A stretch of 57,130 bases of DNA from the IMG/VR virus record IMGVR_UViG_3300021961_000119, positions 1 through 57,130 of that record; one strand, written 5' to 3'. The first letter of the stretch is position 1, and each line of letters begins with the position of its first letter. Position numbers and translations under genes: made by a program. The notes below the pieces were generated by a model that had not been told where the DNA came from, ran no database searches, and saw nothing but the letters and a program-made list of their open reading frames with translations. Below are positions 24,901 through 33,254 of this stretch, piece by piece. Source of the stretch: a virus (lineage: Duplodnaviria > Caudoviricetes).

Positions 24901-26626
24901 GCGCTTCGGCATCAGTAGCACCAGCTTCCTTAGCCGCGACAAATGCGTCGGCACCGCTGGTAACGCTATTAGTAACTGACTTTGCAACACTAGCGTTGGA
25001 AAGATTATTGGCCGCGTTAACTGTGTTGTTTAGTCCTGCCGCCGCATTAATAATGTTGACTTCATTGCCCGATTGGATAGCGTTGAATAAATTCAGTGCG
25101 GCACCAGCGGTCTTGGTGTCAGCGCTACCTGTCAACGTACCGAGTGAATTCAGCGCACCGGCGTAATTACCATCTTTGACGTTCGACACCGCGTTATATG
25201 CATTACCAGCGTCGGCCAGCGAGATCGTGTCGGTCAGCATCGTACCACCGGCCATAGAGCCAATGGTCTCATTTTGTAACAATGATGAAGCTAATGCGCC
25301 GAGATCTTTCTGGTCGATGGCCTTGGCCACCCGAAGCCCGGTGGCAATATCGGTGTATCCACCTAAACCCGCCATGCTAGCAAGACCGCCGAGCACGTCG
25401 CCATTATCAATCGCAATCGCGGCATTTGCGGCCATCGCAAACGGAGCGACGCCGGGGATGAACTGCGCTATGGCGAGAATTGGCGCGATGCTACCGATAT
25501 CGCTACTGGAAGCCCCGGTGGTGTAGAAAATTGGGCGACCTTGGGCGTCGAATGTAGTGCGGTACGCCGTGTTGCCCTTGCCAACGTAAGTGCCGGACCA
25601 TGCATCACCTACGCCGCCGCGCTCTCCGTAAGCGTTTATTAGAGCCTTACCAGTATCTTTATTGCCAATAACCGACTTGGTGCCGATCGGAGCCACATAG
25701 CTAGTATAACCACCACCATCCCAATCGTAAATCTGTTCAGCTTTGACTAATGCCGCATCGACTTCTTTCCCATCTTTGTCAACATAACCCACTAATGTGG
25801 CGGTCATGACGGGCTGTCCATCTCCATCAACTTGGCCAGTGTTGGTATACTCGTACTTCGGCGTGACGGATTCGTCGACTTTTTGGTCGATCTTGGCAAC
25901 CTGATTGATATCAGTGATACCATTCGCCACCAACTGCTCGGCCATCGCCTTAGCATTAGCCTCAGGAGAACCATACCCAGCACCTGACCACTTGGAAGTC
26001 GTCCCCTGCGCGAGGATTTGTTGAGTGACTTTGTCGACCGTGGCGTTATTGATAGTGTATATCTGCCCTTCCAGTTCGATAGTGCTCGTGGCCGCGTTGT
26101 TAGCGGCAATCTGATCGGCTTGCGCTTGAGCCAACGCACCAGTGGTGTTGGTGGTCGAACCAGTAGTGTCCGCAGTCGCTTGTGTTAAAGCACCCACCCC
26201 AGTCGTATCTGCTCCAGCGTTACCAGCTCGGTAAGAATTCACGTACTGCGTGTAGCGGTCATTTGGGTTATCCGTGATATACCGATCAACGGCTCCGCCA
26301 AAGACCGACGAAAAGTCGTCGAGACCTACTTGGCCGGTTTGAAGCATGTTGAGGAAGTGGTTGTAACCACCAGTGTCGATCTGGTTAGTACCCTCCCCAA
26401 TCCCAGTGCGGCCAATGGTCGCGTAAGCGTCTTGGATGATCTGGTCGTATACTGGTGCTAGAGCCGCAGTGTACCGCCCCGACACATCTCCATAGCTCAA
26501 GCCGGTAGCTTCAGCCATTTGAGCAGGAGTCACACCCGCTTCCCGCATTGTGGTCGCAATCAGCGTATCGTCTGCGCCGGGATTTTCGTTCAACCAGCCT
26601 AGAATATCTGCATTAGAAACTGCCAT
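21947..26626 (-). CDS. Giant virion-associated protein (1559 aa) with Thr/Asn-rich tract
   Basis: Long ORF in the ejection-protein block; C-terminal GGGQDDLISAKLADGEYV domain. Confidence 0.7.
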   Translation of the reverse strand: MAVSNADILGWLNENPGADDTLIATTMREAGVTPAQMAEATGLSYGDVSGRYTAALAPVYDQIIQDAYATIGRTGIGEGTNQIDTGGYNHFLNMLQTGQVGLDDFSSVFGGAVDRYITDNPNDRYTQYVNSYRAGNAGADTTGVGALTQATADTTGSTTNTTGALAQAQADQIAANNAATSTIELEGQIYTINNATVDKVTQQILAQGTTSKWSGAGYGSPEANAKAMAEQLVANGITDINQVAKIDQKVDESVTPKYEYTNTGQVDGDGQPVMTATLVGYVDKDGKEVDAALVKAEQIYDWDGGGYTSYVAPIGTKSVIGNKDTGKALINAYGERGGVGDAWSGTYVGKGNTAYRTTFDAQGRPIFYTTGASSSDIGSIAPILAIAQFIPGVAPFAMAANAAIAIDNGDVLGGLASMAGLGGYTDIATGLRVAKAIDQKDLGALASSLLQNETIGSMAGGTMLTDTISLADAGNAYNAVSNVKDGNYAGALNSLGTLTGSADTKTAGAALNLFNAIQSGNEVNIINAAAGLNNTVNAANNLSNASVAKSVTNSVTSGADAFVAAKEAGATDAEALEAANTVTGTGTGTSVSTTTNTQVADTTTTGDAGASGKFDLGEFEGVDQAIEQQSRNTEVDRLVTAYEKTTGKSFDKLTDQEVAALAFTANSMTVDQLKNASIQDILNKAPAIVGKDDQGRWVDDKGFAYDERGLKYAPGSTAPMIDIAGVGDRGVPTTAQSLDTAGNNLVNWANTLEGTSGDVVRQTLSTLIGAGGEQVADLGTALANMGVAERYNVLVQLGQSLERTGQSLEIPGVTQATENFWNDIQGAETYAGKAAASIKSVLNNPLVLTQVAKEGLQEVLPIVTGGAVFRILGKTAGIATDVLMNASESMGSQSRQKFNEEIQKGTPVDQAEKLANADGWKAFAITAGTATLADAALIKGYERAMDKVFGKTTTSVGKEWAEEGFEELAIALATGDDLATALSKSIAGSTIGSKTSGTLTAGSSVSADIQQAFASEGLTSSDGSFRPETITKITDAGTGGAGTQTAVTEVAGSGTTATGANTAAVTNTAATGADTAAATDFASIFTATGNTTQAVDTSVGSAISNGADVNNTITSVVNAANTTGANASVVAATAANAAVAAGADVTTASNAATTAVSNVTAGTNAATTTGTTAGTNAATTTGTTAGTNAATTTGTAANTNTATGSNSNTSTNAATGVTTNTAVDANTGVTTTTTTNTNTGTNTSVSTNTNTGVTTTTNTNTNTGVNTNTTTDTNTNTTTNTVVDTNTDLTTTINVNTDTGEITSVDGPGKVIDSSTVVIDGTAIDVTTGQVLTPEEVNKRVEAAKLKLATPKKQTPGAMAGPAFNEPTYKAKDSDIAETWLGGRFRNLAPLAGLGALLPQDTPMFQEAQAISALRRASGIEDGAEKPGADYYAYGTEPSYSKVLEPFMNGGTVQKYADGGKIMASPLMAASGGDVPHKGSHYVQGAGGGQDDLISAKLADGEYVFDADIVAALGDGSNKEGAKRLDAMREAIRKHKRGGSIKSIPPAAKSPLAYLKGAL
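23052..23140. repeat. 36-bp tandem repeat (~2.5 copies) encoding TTAGTNAATTTG-type units
   Basis: GTCGTTGCGGCGTTAGTTCCAGCCGTTGTGCCGGTG twice plus a partial copy. Confidence 0.85.
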
Positions 26627-26627
26627 A

Positions 26628-26888
26628 TTAGTTCACCGCAGGGTTAACAGCATTCACGAGTTGCTCGGCCCATTCCTGCCAGTCATCGAACTGGTAGGGA
26701 CCCGGAATACCTTCATTTGTAAACACGTCGATTGCCTTAAGTCCCGCGCCCCAGTCTTTCCAATCTGTGTTCGCGTCGGGAATCGAAAGCTGTTGTGGAG
26801 CGTAGAGTTCGCACATGAGGCACGCCCACGACTCAAAAGTGTGGTAGCGAGGGTCGTAGACCTGTGTGGGATTAAGAATGTCCGCCAT
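26628..26888 (-). CDS. Hypothetical virion-module protein (86 aa, Trp-rich)
   Basis: Tightly packed between tail and ejection genes. Confidence 0.75.
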   Translation of the reverse strand: MADILNPTQVYDPRYHTFESWACLMCELYAPQQLSIPDANTDWKDWGAGLKAIDVFTNEGIPGPYQFDDWQEWAEQLVNAVNPAVN

Positions 26889-28867
26889 TAGTACGGTCTC
26901 ACGTCGCCGGTGTCGGCATCAAGGATCACACGGCCAAGTTGGTAATCACCACCGGCCACATTAGACACGAACTTTAGACGCAACTCGCGACGCTGTTCGC
27001 GCATATCGATCTTGCGTGTCGCAGGGTCGAAAGTGTAGGGACCCGTGGTCACATCGTCGGCTTGAGCGAATGGGCGTCCAGTGACGTACAGTTCCATCTC
27101 GCCCTCTTGCACGAAATCGGGTTCGACACGCTCTAGATGTAACGCCTTGTTATCGCCGACAGGCGAGGGCTGAGCTGGACCACCAGATACCCAACCGAGA
27201 TCATTGGTCTCGAAGTACGACTCGATCGCCAGCGCGGTTGCACCTTGCACTTTGTCCGTACCAATCTCGTTCTGCCACAGTGACACGAAAGTCATCAATG
27301 AGCTAATCGTGATCGCGAAGTTAGAACCGGCGGGGAGTGCGGCAGACAGCACATCAGCTACTGTGTAATTCACTCCGTGCCCGTTGATCACCACCGAAGT
27401 AACAATACCACCCGCGACCACGATATTGGCGGTTGCGCCGGTACCCGTGCCACCAGTTAGCGCTTGATTGTTGTACGTACCATCGGTGTAGCCCGAGCCA
27501 GCGTTAGTTAACGTAAACGCCAGTACGCCGCCGGTAGCATTTGCATTCCACTCGGCCGCGATTGGATAGTGGAAGACCTGCGAGAAGTAACCAGCGGACC
27601 TTTGCGCACCGGTAGCCTCACCCGCGTCGTACCAGCAGTTCTCGCGCACATTGTAAATGATTGCGTCTGTGCACTCAGTGGCGTTGCCGCGCGGGTAAAA
27701 CCACCAAATCTCGCCGAACCGTGGGACCTTAGATACCCACACCTTCTCGCGGGCGTCGTAGTTAAGATTATCGAAGAAATAGTTCTGGTTGAACGTGTTC
27801 GGGATCTCTTTAACGACACCATTGTAGAGCAAGAATCGGTCAACACCACACCAATAATACACGCCGTCGTACTCGATGACGGACTGCGAGGATAGGATCG
27901 AAGACTGGCTCGAAATTAAGTCGTAGCGCCAGAATTGCGGGGGTGTGCCCACGCCGCCAATGTAGGATACGCGAATGAGCGAGTCCAAGCTCCAAAAGAG
28001 TCCGGATGGGGCGTTCGAACCGCCGCGTACTGGGAGGCCTTGTACAATCTTGCCGGTGGCCACCGACACCTCATTAGCATCAGCCGACACCCAGTCATTC
28101 GCGTTGCCAGCGGAGCAGTTGCGGATTAGGCCATCATTGCCGTATACGAACACGTAGGGGTGCAGAGTCACCACACCACCAGAGACATCGACATTGTTGT
28201 CGAATGTTACTGTCACTGTAGCGCTTGCGGTAGCGTTGGCCGACAGCGTTACACTGGTCGTTGAGACCGAAAGGACTGTAGTGCCGGACGGAATCCCGGC
28301 ACCGGTCACGGTTTGTCCAGCACCGACTAGGATGTTGGCCGCCGCAAGGGTGATCACCGGGTTACCGTTAATCGTGGTCGCAGTATCGGTGAATACGCCA
28401 ATCGCGGACATAGTGGTACCAGTGATGTCGCCGCCGAGCACTGGGGTATTAACGTTGTTGTCGATTAGCGTCAGATTCTGGCCGGGGTGCGCGAGGAGCA
28501 GGTTATTACCCGAGCCGCTCACGTCGTAAAAAGTGTCGAACTGCCACAGATTGTTCGCGTTAGCAGTAAAATCCGACAGCGTCATGTCAGTGATACCCGA
28601 CCCCGTGCCACTATTGTTGATCGGGAGCAACTGCATGCCGCCCGAGTAACCACTGAATACGTTGTTGAAATTCTGCTGTGGATTTAAGTAGATGCCACGC
28701 GAAGGCCCAGCTAAGTCGTTCACAATCTCCCGGAATCCGCCGATTTTGCGAGGACGACCACGTTGAAAGCGTACCCAGCGACCCGAATTGTAGAACTGCT
28801 TGTCGAACACTGTACCATCGCGTTGGACGCCGGGTTTAGTGTCGAGGGCGAAGACCTTTTTGGTCAT
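26888..28867 (-). CDS. Putative tail nozzle / tail tubular protein B-like
   Basis: WVRFQRGRPRKIGG N-terminus, FGEIWWFYP, beta-rich; position before ejection proteins. Confidence 0.65.
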   Translation of the reverse strand: MTKKVFALDTKPGVQRDGTVFDKQFYNSGRWVRFQRGRPRKIGGFREIVNDLAGPSRGIYLNPQQNFNNVFSGYSGGMQLLPINNSGTGSGITDMTLSDFTANANNLWQFDTFYDVSGSGNNLLLAHPGQNLTLIDNNVNTPVLGGDITGTTMSAIGVFTDTATTINGNPVITLAAANILVGAGQTVTGAGIPSGTTVLSVSTTSVTLSANATASATVTVTFDNNVDVSGGVVTLHPYVFVYGNDGLIRNCSAGNANDWVSADANEVSVATGKIVQGLPVRGGSNAPSGLFWSLDSLIRVSYIGGVGTPPQFWRYDLISSQSSILSSQSVIEYDGVYYWCGVDRFLLYNGVVKEIPNTFNQNYFFDNLNYDAREKVWVSKVPRFGEIWWFYPRGNATECTDAIIYNVRENCWYDAGEATGAQRSAGYFSQVFHYPIAAEWNANATGGVLAFTLTNAGSGYTDGTYNNQALTGGTGTGATANIVVAGGIVTSVVINGHGVNYTVADVLSAALPAGSNFAITISSLMTFVSLWQNEIGTDKVQGATALAIESYFETNDLGWVSGGPAQPSPVGDNKALHLERVEPDFVQEGEMELYVTGRPFAQADDVTTGPYTFDPATRKIDMREQRRELRLKFVSNVAGGDYQLGRVILDADTGDVRPY

Positions 28868-30099
28868 GTGAACGTACCCCCAGCGACACCGGTGGTGAAT
28901 GTGCCGGACCCAGTCACGGTCACACCCGTTGCAGTCACGCCGACGCGTTTAGTGCCGAGTACCGCGACGCCGAGTTCGCCAGCGCCGGGACGATAGATAC
29001 CCGTACCGGTCTCAGCCGCGAAATTGAGCGATGGGGTGCCAACAGTACCATCTACCAAGCTCACAGTGGACGCTCCGGCTTGAGTAGTGTTGGCATTCAG
29101 AAAGTTAGTACCGTCGCAGATTAGTGTGGCTTGCTGGCCCGGAGGGATCGTCGCTGTGTATCCAAGCCCAGTCGTAATTGTCAGACTGTAACCATTGTCG
29201 GTTGTCTGGTTCGAGATCACGTACAAGTTAACCACAGGCGGGAACGTTACGGTCACATTACTGACCAGACTTCCGACGTATTCTTGAATCGTGTTTGCCG
29301 CCTCGTTATTAGTCAGCAAATAGGAGCCGCCGGTTACGCTCTTGGTCAGCGCTGTAAACACGAATTGTGAGCTTACACCATAACCGACGGTTACGTAGGC
29401 CGTCCCTGTGCACACGATGAAGGCGGACTCGGACGGGTTAAACGTCTTGGTCGAATTACCATCAATTAGCTCCGCGCCAGAGCAGGAAATCGTGAAAGAC
29501 CCTGTGCCGTTATTCTTGAAGAGTGTGAACCAGTTATTACCAAGTGTCGCGGAAAGCGGCAGTGTAGCCGTTCCGGAGCCACTCCCCCACACTCGGGTTT
29601 GCGCACGATCGGTATCCGCAAATGTCGATCCGCTGGTGATCGCCGCGCTTGGGTGGCTCTGGTTTAGTGTCGCGCCACTGGCCACGAGTCCATATCCGGC
29701 AAGCGTCGCGGCATCAGCCGAAGACGTCCCAGTGCCGAAAGCGATGACGCCCCAAGTACCCTGAGCGTCAGGGTTCGTCGTGATGTAGATGTACTTGGAC
29801 TCACCCGCCGCCACCGATACGATGGTATTCGTGCCCGCGTAATCTTTGACTGTGAACGTGTTCGCACCGATATTGCGGATGAGTGCATCATTACCCACCG
29901 AATTCTGATTCGCGGGCGGCATGTAAAGGCTGAGGCTTCCCGCCGTTGCCGTCACTTGCATGATTCGGGCGGCGTAGTCCGTGTCCGTGTTGCCGTTGAT
30001 TGGCCACTGGAGCTGTGTGTTGGCCGAAAGCGTTACCGACCGGAAGCTGACATCTGTCGGCTGGATGACATCACCGGTGAAAGGGCTGACGTAGCTCAT
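28864..30099 (-). CDS. Putative tail structural protein (411 aa)
   Basis: Thr/Gly/Ser-rich beta protein in the tail block. Confidence 0.6.
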   Translation of the reverse strand: MSYVSPFTGDVIQPTDVSFRSVTLSANTQLQWPINGNTDTDYAARIMQVTATAGSLSLYMPPANQNSVGNDALIRNIGANTFTVKDYAGTNTIVSVAAGESKYIYITTNPDAQGTWGVIAFGTGTSSADAATLAGYGLVASGATLNQSHPSAAITSGSTFADTDRAQTRVWGSGSGTATLPLSATLGNNWFTLFKNNGTGSFTISCSGAELIDGNSTKTFNPSESAFIVCTGTAYVTVGYGVSSQFVFTALTKSVTGGSYLLTNNEAANTIQEYVGSLVSNVTVTFPPVVNLYVISNQTTDNGYSLTITTGLGYTATIPPGQQATLICDGTNFLNANTTQAGASTVSLVDGTVGTPSLNFAAETGTGIYRPGAGELGVAVLGTKRVGVTATGVTVTGSGTFTTGVAGGTFT

Positions 30100-30731
30100 G
30101 AATCCACCGCGATGGCTTGACGATCAGCGATGCGGAGTTTATCCTCCTCGCTTAGTGTGGCCATAATCGCGTCATATTGCGACTGCCACATTGGGATACG
30201 ATCGTCGTTCTTCAGGAAAGGCATCGCTTGCAGGAGCGAACCGTAGAGCAGGGCTTGTGGCGCGTACACCGTGAACCAGTTCGTCTGGTTACTCGAATCC
30301 AGTGGTTGCACCCGCTCGTAGTACAATACCTCGAACGCGTATGCCGCATCCGGCGTAGGGGCCACGAGCCAATTCTCGTAGTCGTAGTCCGCGTAATACT
30401 CCGGTGTGCCAGTCGCAGTGGGGTCCGGAGCATAGTTACGGAGGTACTCGTACTTGCGCAGGAGCACTGGCTGGCGCTCCCCAGCTACTGTAATATTCAT
30501 CGATACTGTCTTGTGCCACCGAGCGGGCTTCGCGATCACCGCGTTGCTGGCCACCATGTTGCTGGTGTTGACGGTCAGGTTACCGAGGAATTTGATCTTA
30601 GACGCGATCACCTGCTCGGCGAGCATAATGAAGAGAGGGATCTTGTCGAGAGTAGCGGTGTCGTTACGCTCCAGATAGGACTGGATATTTTCAACAAGGG
30701 AGTCGTAGGTCATCACCGACGCGGCAGTCAT
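30096..30731 (-). CDS. Putative head-tail adaptor / tail tubular protein A-like
   Basis: IPLFIMLAE, APTPD, NWFT..APQALLYGSL motifs. Confidence 0.65.
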   Translation of the reverse strand: MTAASVMTYDSLVENIQSYLERNDTATLDKIPLFIMLAEQVIASKIKFLGNLTVNTSNMVASNAVIAKPARWHKTVSMNITVAGERQPVLLRKYEYLRNYAPDPTATGTPEYYADYDYENWLVAPTPDAAYAFEVLYYERVQPLDSSNQTNWFTVYAPQALLYGSLLQAMPFLKNDDRIPMWQSQYDAIMATLSEEDKLRIADRQAIAVDS

Positions 30732-30766
30732 AGAAGTCCTTCACACGAATGGCAACGTTGGACGAA

Positions 30767-30795
30767 ATTATACCATGCCTTTAACATTTGGTCAA
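30767..30795 (-). promoter_or_regulatory. Possible internal promoter for tail genes
   Basis: TTGACC-N17-TATAAT with TG extension at the gap after the lysozyme gene. Confidence 0.5.
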
Positions 30796-31250
30796 TCCAG
30801 CAAAACGCACTCAGCGGTACGCCTCTTAAGTAGTCCCGGCAACACCTTGCCGCCGCCCTTGGTCCATAGCATTAACTGCTCTTTTGCACCCTCCCAATCC
30901 CCGGCATTGATCCTGCGCTTAAGCGTCGAAGTCTGGAGCCGCCCAATGCCGAGATTGTAGCAAAAGTCTACGATCGCGTTGAGCTTTCGAGGGTCTCCTT
31001 GCGCGGCTAGGACTAAGAGGCCGGGGCATTGACGTATGGCACCGGGAGCGTAGGTGTGAAGCAACTCCGTCATCAGGAGTGCACGGGCCGTAGGTTCGTC
31101 CATCGGGGGGTCTTCGAGTGTCACCTTGCGACCGTCCCCGTAGTAGGTGGAGCCATACCCGATCGTGGCCACCCCAGCCGGGCAGAGGTAGGGCTTGGCC
31201 CGATATCCTTCGAACCGGCGGCAAAGTTCAGCGGCCAGTTCTAGATTCAT
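30792..31250 (-). CDS. Endolysin, GH24 phage lysozyme
   Basis: FEG...PYLCPAGVATIGYG, FCYNLG, LPGLLKRRTAE. Confidence 0.92.
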   Translation of the reverse strand: MNLELAAELCRRFEGYRAKPYLCPAGVATIGYGSTYYGDGRKVTLEDPPMDEPTARALLMTELLHTYAPGAIRQCPGLLVLAAQGDPRKLNAIVDFCYNLGIGRLQTSTLKRRINAGDWEGAKEQLMLWTKGGGKVLPGLLKRRTAECVLLD

Positions 31251-31741
31251 AGCCCACGTTGTTTCAAAGTACGGTCGAGGAACCAGTAGTTAATGGTGCC
31301 GGACAGCAAGGCTGAAAAGTCGGGAGTCATCATCGTCTTGAACACCTCGACTGCGGGAGCACCAGCGAGCCAAGCGTTCCAAGCAAACCAGACGTGGATG
31401 AAAGACCAGACGAACAGGACCCAATAGGTGACCAAAGGTCGGACAGAGGCGGAGAGGCTTGCCACCCACCCGCCAGCGGCTTTAACCATCTCGGCTTGCT
31501 GGTTAATCGCGGCATTGAACGCGTCCATCACCCCAACGTCGATAGCGGCTTCGCGTTGCGCTCCGATCTCTGCCAGCTTTTGCTGGCCTCGGAGTTGTTC
31601 CAACTCGCACTGCCGCGAGAACATTAGGAGTTCATGTTCACGCTCGTTCTTCTTGTCGAAAAATTTAAGCACTTCAGGTGCCAAGCGGAACAAGCCGCCG
31701 AACACCGACCCAAGAATACCGCCGGATAATATATCAAACAT
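31247..31741 (-). CDS. Putative holin (3TM-type)
   Basis: Hydrophobic segments, SVRPLVTY, YWFLDR; directly upstream of the lysozyme. Confidence 0.65.
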   Translation of the reverse strand: MFDILSGGILGSVFGGLFRLAPEVLKFFDKKNEREHELLMFSRQCELEQLRGQQKLAEIGAQREAAIDVGVMDAFNAAINQQAEMVKAAGGWVASLSASVRPLVTYWVLFVWSFIHVWFAWNAWLAGAPAVEVFKTMMTPDFSALLSGTINYWFLDRTLKQRGL

Positions 31742-32207
31742 TGGATTCCTTTATCGTAAACATCAGGTTTTTATGCGCGGGGTAGTTTACAATCACTTCA
31801 CCCTCAGGGCACTTATATTTAATGTGAGCCAATAGCGTAGCAACGCCGGGGGTTACCTGCGCGGTGGTATCGAGCTTGAACTTGTACCCAAACTTGTCCA
31901 CGGTGTCACTGGCTGGACCTGAAAATGTCGCAATACTAGGCTTCGCTGGGTGTACGACCAATTCAGAGTCCCGCACTTCCAGCTTGAATGCTGTAACTTC
32001 GCAGTTGTCCCTGATTTTCTGACGAGCCACTACGACCTTAAATTCGCCGTTCGCGGGAGCATCGGATATTTGAAAGTGTTCCGGTGCCCACTTGAGGATG
32101 TCTTTGTGAAATACGCCGAACTTGTCGGCGAGCGTGTACCCACCACCAATCATCGCAGTGGACGCGGTCACCGCGCCTATTACTTTGGTGTAATACTCGA
32201 GTTCCAC
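31734..32207 (-). CDS. Membrane-anchored hypothetical protein (157 aa)
   Basis: N-terminal hydrophobic segment, two Cys; lysis region. Confidence 0.65.
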   Translation of the reverse strand: MELEYYTKVIGAVTASTAMIGGGYTLADKFGVFHKDILKWAPEHFQISDAPANGEFKVVVARQKIRDNCEVTAFKLEVRDSELVVHPAKPSIATFSGPASDTVDKFGYKFKLDTTAQVTPGVATLLAHIKYKCPEGEVIVNYPAHKNLMFTIKESNV

Positions 32208-32402
32208 TTAGATCCCCAATAGCTTCTTCACGAATTCAGCGGCAACGCCCGGTCCGAGAAGCACTGCGGCGATAGTGATGTAGAGCAATATCTCGATCGT
32301 CTTCATCCGCTTCTTGCCGCTATCGAGCGATTCGTTGATTCGCTCGTAACGCTGTGCACAAATCGCTTCGTGCACCGACAATTTAGTCTCCATTGATTCC
32401 AT
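32208..32402 (-). CDS. Small membrane protein
   Basis: HEAICAQRY coiled coil plus C-terminal TM helix; start may be 32393. Confidence 0.7.
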   Translation of the reverse strand: MESMETKLSVHEAICAQRYERINESLDSGKKRMKTIEILLYITIAAVLLGPGVAAEFVKKLLGI

Positions 32403-32535
32403 CTTCAACCTTTGGCTCTGAAGGCTTTGCGGCGTCCTGAATCGCTTGGATTAGTTGGTACACCTCTTGGTATGGGCGTGAACCCAAGTAACCTAGAAGT
32501 TGGTTTGCTGTTTCAATTGGCAATTGCAGTTTCAT
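32383..32535 (-). CDS. Small hypothetical protein (50 aa, not in the ORF track)
   Basis: Hand translation MKLQLPIETANQLLGYLGSRPYQEVYQLIQAIQ...; AAGGA RBS; fills the gap. Confidence 0.7.
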   Translation of the reverse strand: MKLQLPIETANQLLGYLGSRPYQEVYQLIQAIQDAAKPSEPKVEDGINGD

Positions 32536-32543
32536 GTTTGTCC

Positions 32544-32753
32544 TTATACAGAAGCGTTACGTAGGGGTGTCAGATCTTGGGTAGTCCAAAAAGTCTTGGC
32601 AACCATGATACGAAGATGCTCTTTGTTACGAGCAAGGCAGTCGGCCCACTCTTGGGCTTCCATGCTTTCAGGCTGGCCAGCGTTGATGAGGTTGACGGAA
32701 TCCATTGCCGCCTTGTAATGCTGTGCAATTTGCTCTGGTGTTTGTGTATCCAT
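32544..32753 (-). CDS. Hypothetical protein (69 aa)
   Basis: AAGGA RBS; tail accessory region. Confidence 0.7.
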   Translation of the reverse strand: MDTQTPEQIAQHYKAAMDSVNLINAGQPESMEAQEWADCLARNKEHLRIMVAKTFWTTQDLTPLRNASV

Positions 32754-32762
32754 GATTTTCCT

Positions 32763-33245
32763 TTAAGGCTGTGTAGGCCAAGTGATTGTCCAAGGGAAAC
32801 CAGACTGCGCAGTGATGTCGCGCAGGGCTTGGCGGTATGTAGCCCATACAGCTTTATCTGCGGTGCTGTCGGCAATCTGTGTCCAGTCGCAGTCTTTGAG
32901 CTTTTCTGTACGTTGGTTGCGTACATTTGCGGCCTGTTCAGCATCTTTCATAGCCTTGTAAGCGGCTTCCTGTTCAGCGGCTGTTGTCTCGCCGTCTGTA
33001 AACACAGGGCCAAGGATGTACTTGGTGTACCACTTTCCGTCAAGTTGTTCAACGCCGTCTTGCTGTGAGTATTGGTAGACAGTGCCGCCTGTGGCTTGTG
33101 GGCCTTCAAACACGATGTCTGACTCAAAGCGATTGACCGCCTCTTCAGATATGCCACTCAATGACTTGGCGTAGGTCTGTGCAACCCACTTTTCCCACTC
33201 GTGCTGAAGAAGCACTTGACCTGTTGATCTGATTCGTATTTGCAT
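32763..33245 (-). CDS. Tail fibre assembly chaperone-like protein
   Basis: RNQRTEKLKDCDWTQ...WATYRQALRDIT...FPW.ITWP signature. Confidence 0.8.
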   Translation of the reverse strand: MQIRIRSTGQVLLQHEWEKWVAQTYAKSLSGISEEAVNRFESDIVFEGPQATGGTVYQYSQQDGVEQLDGKWYTKYILGPVFTDGETTAAEQEAAYKAMKDAEQAANVRNQRTEKLKDCDWTQIADSTADKAVWATYRQALRDITAQSGFPWTITWPTQP

Positions 33246-33254
33246 GATTGTTCC

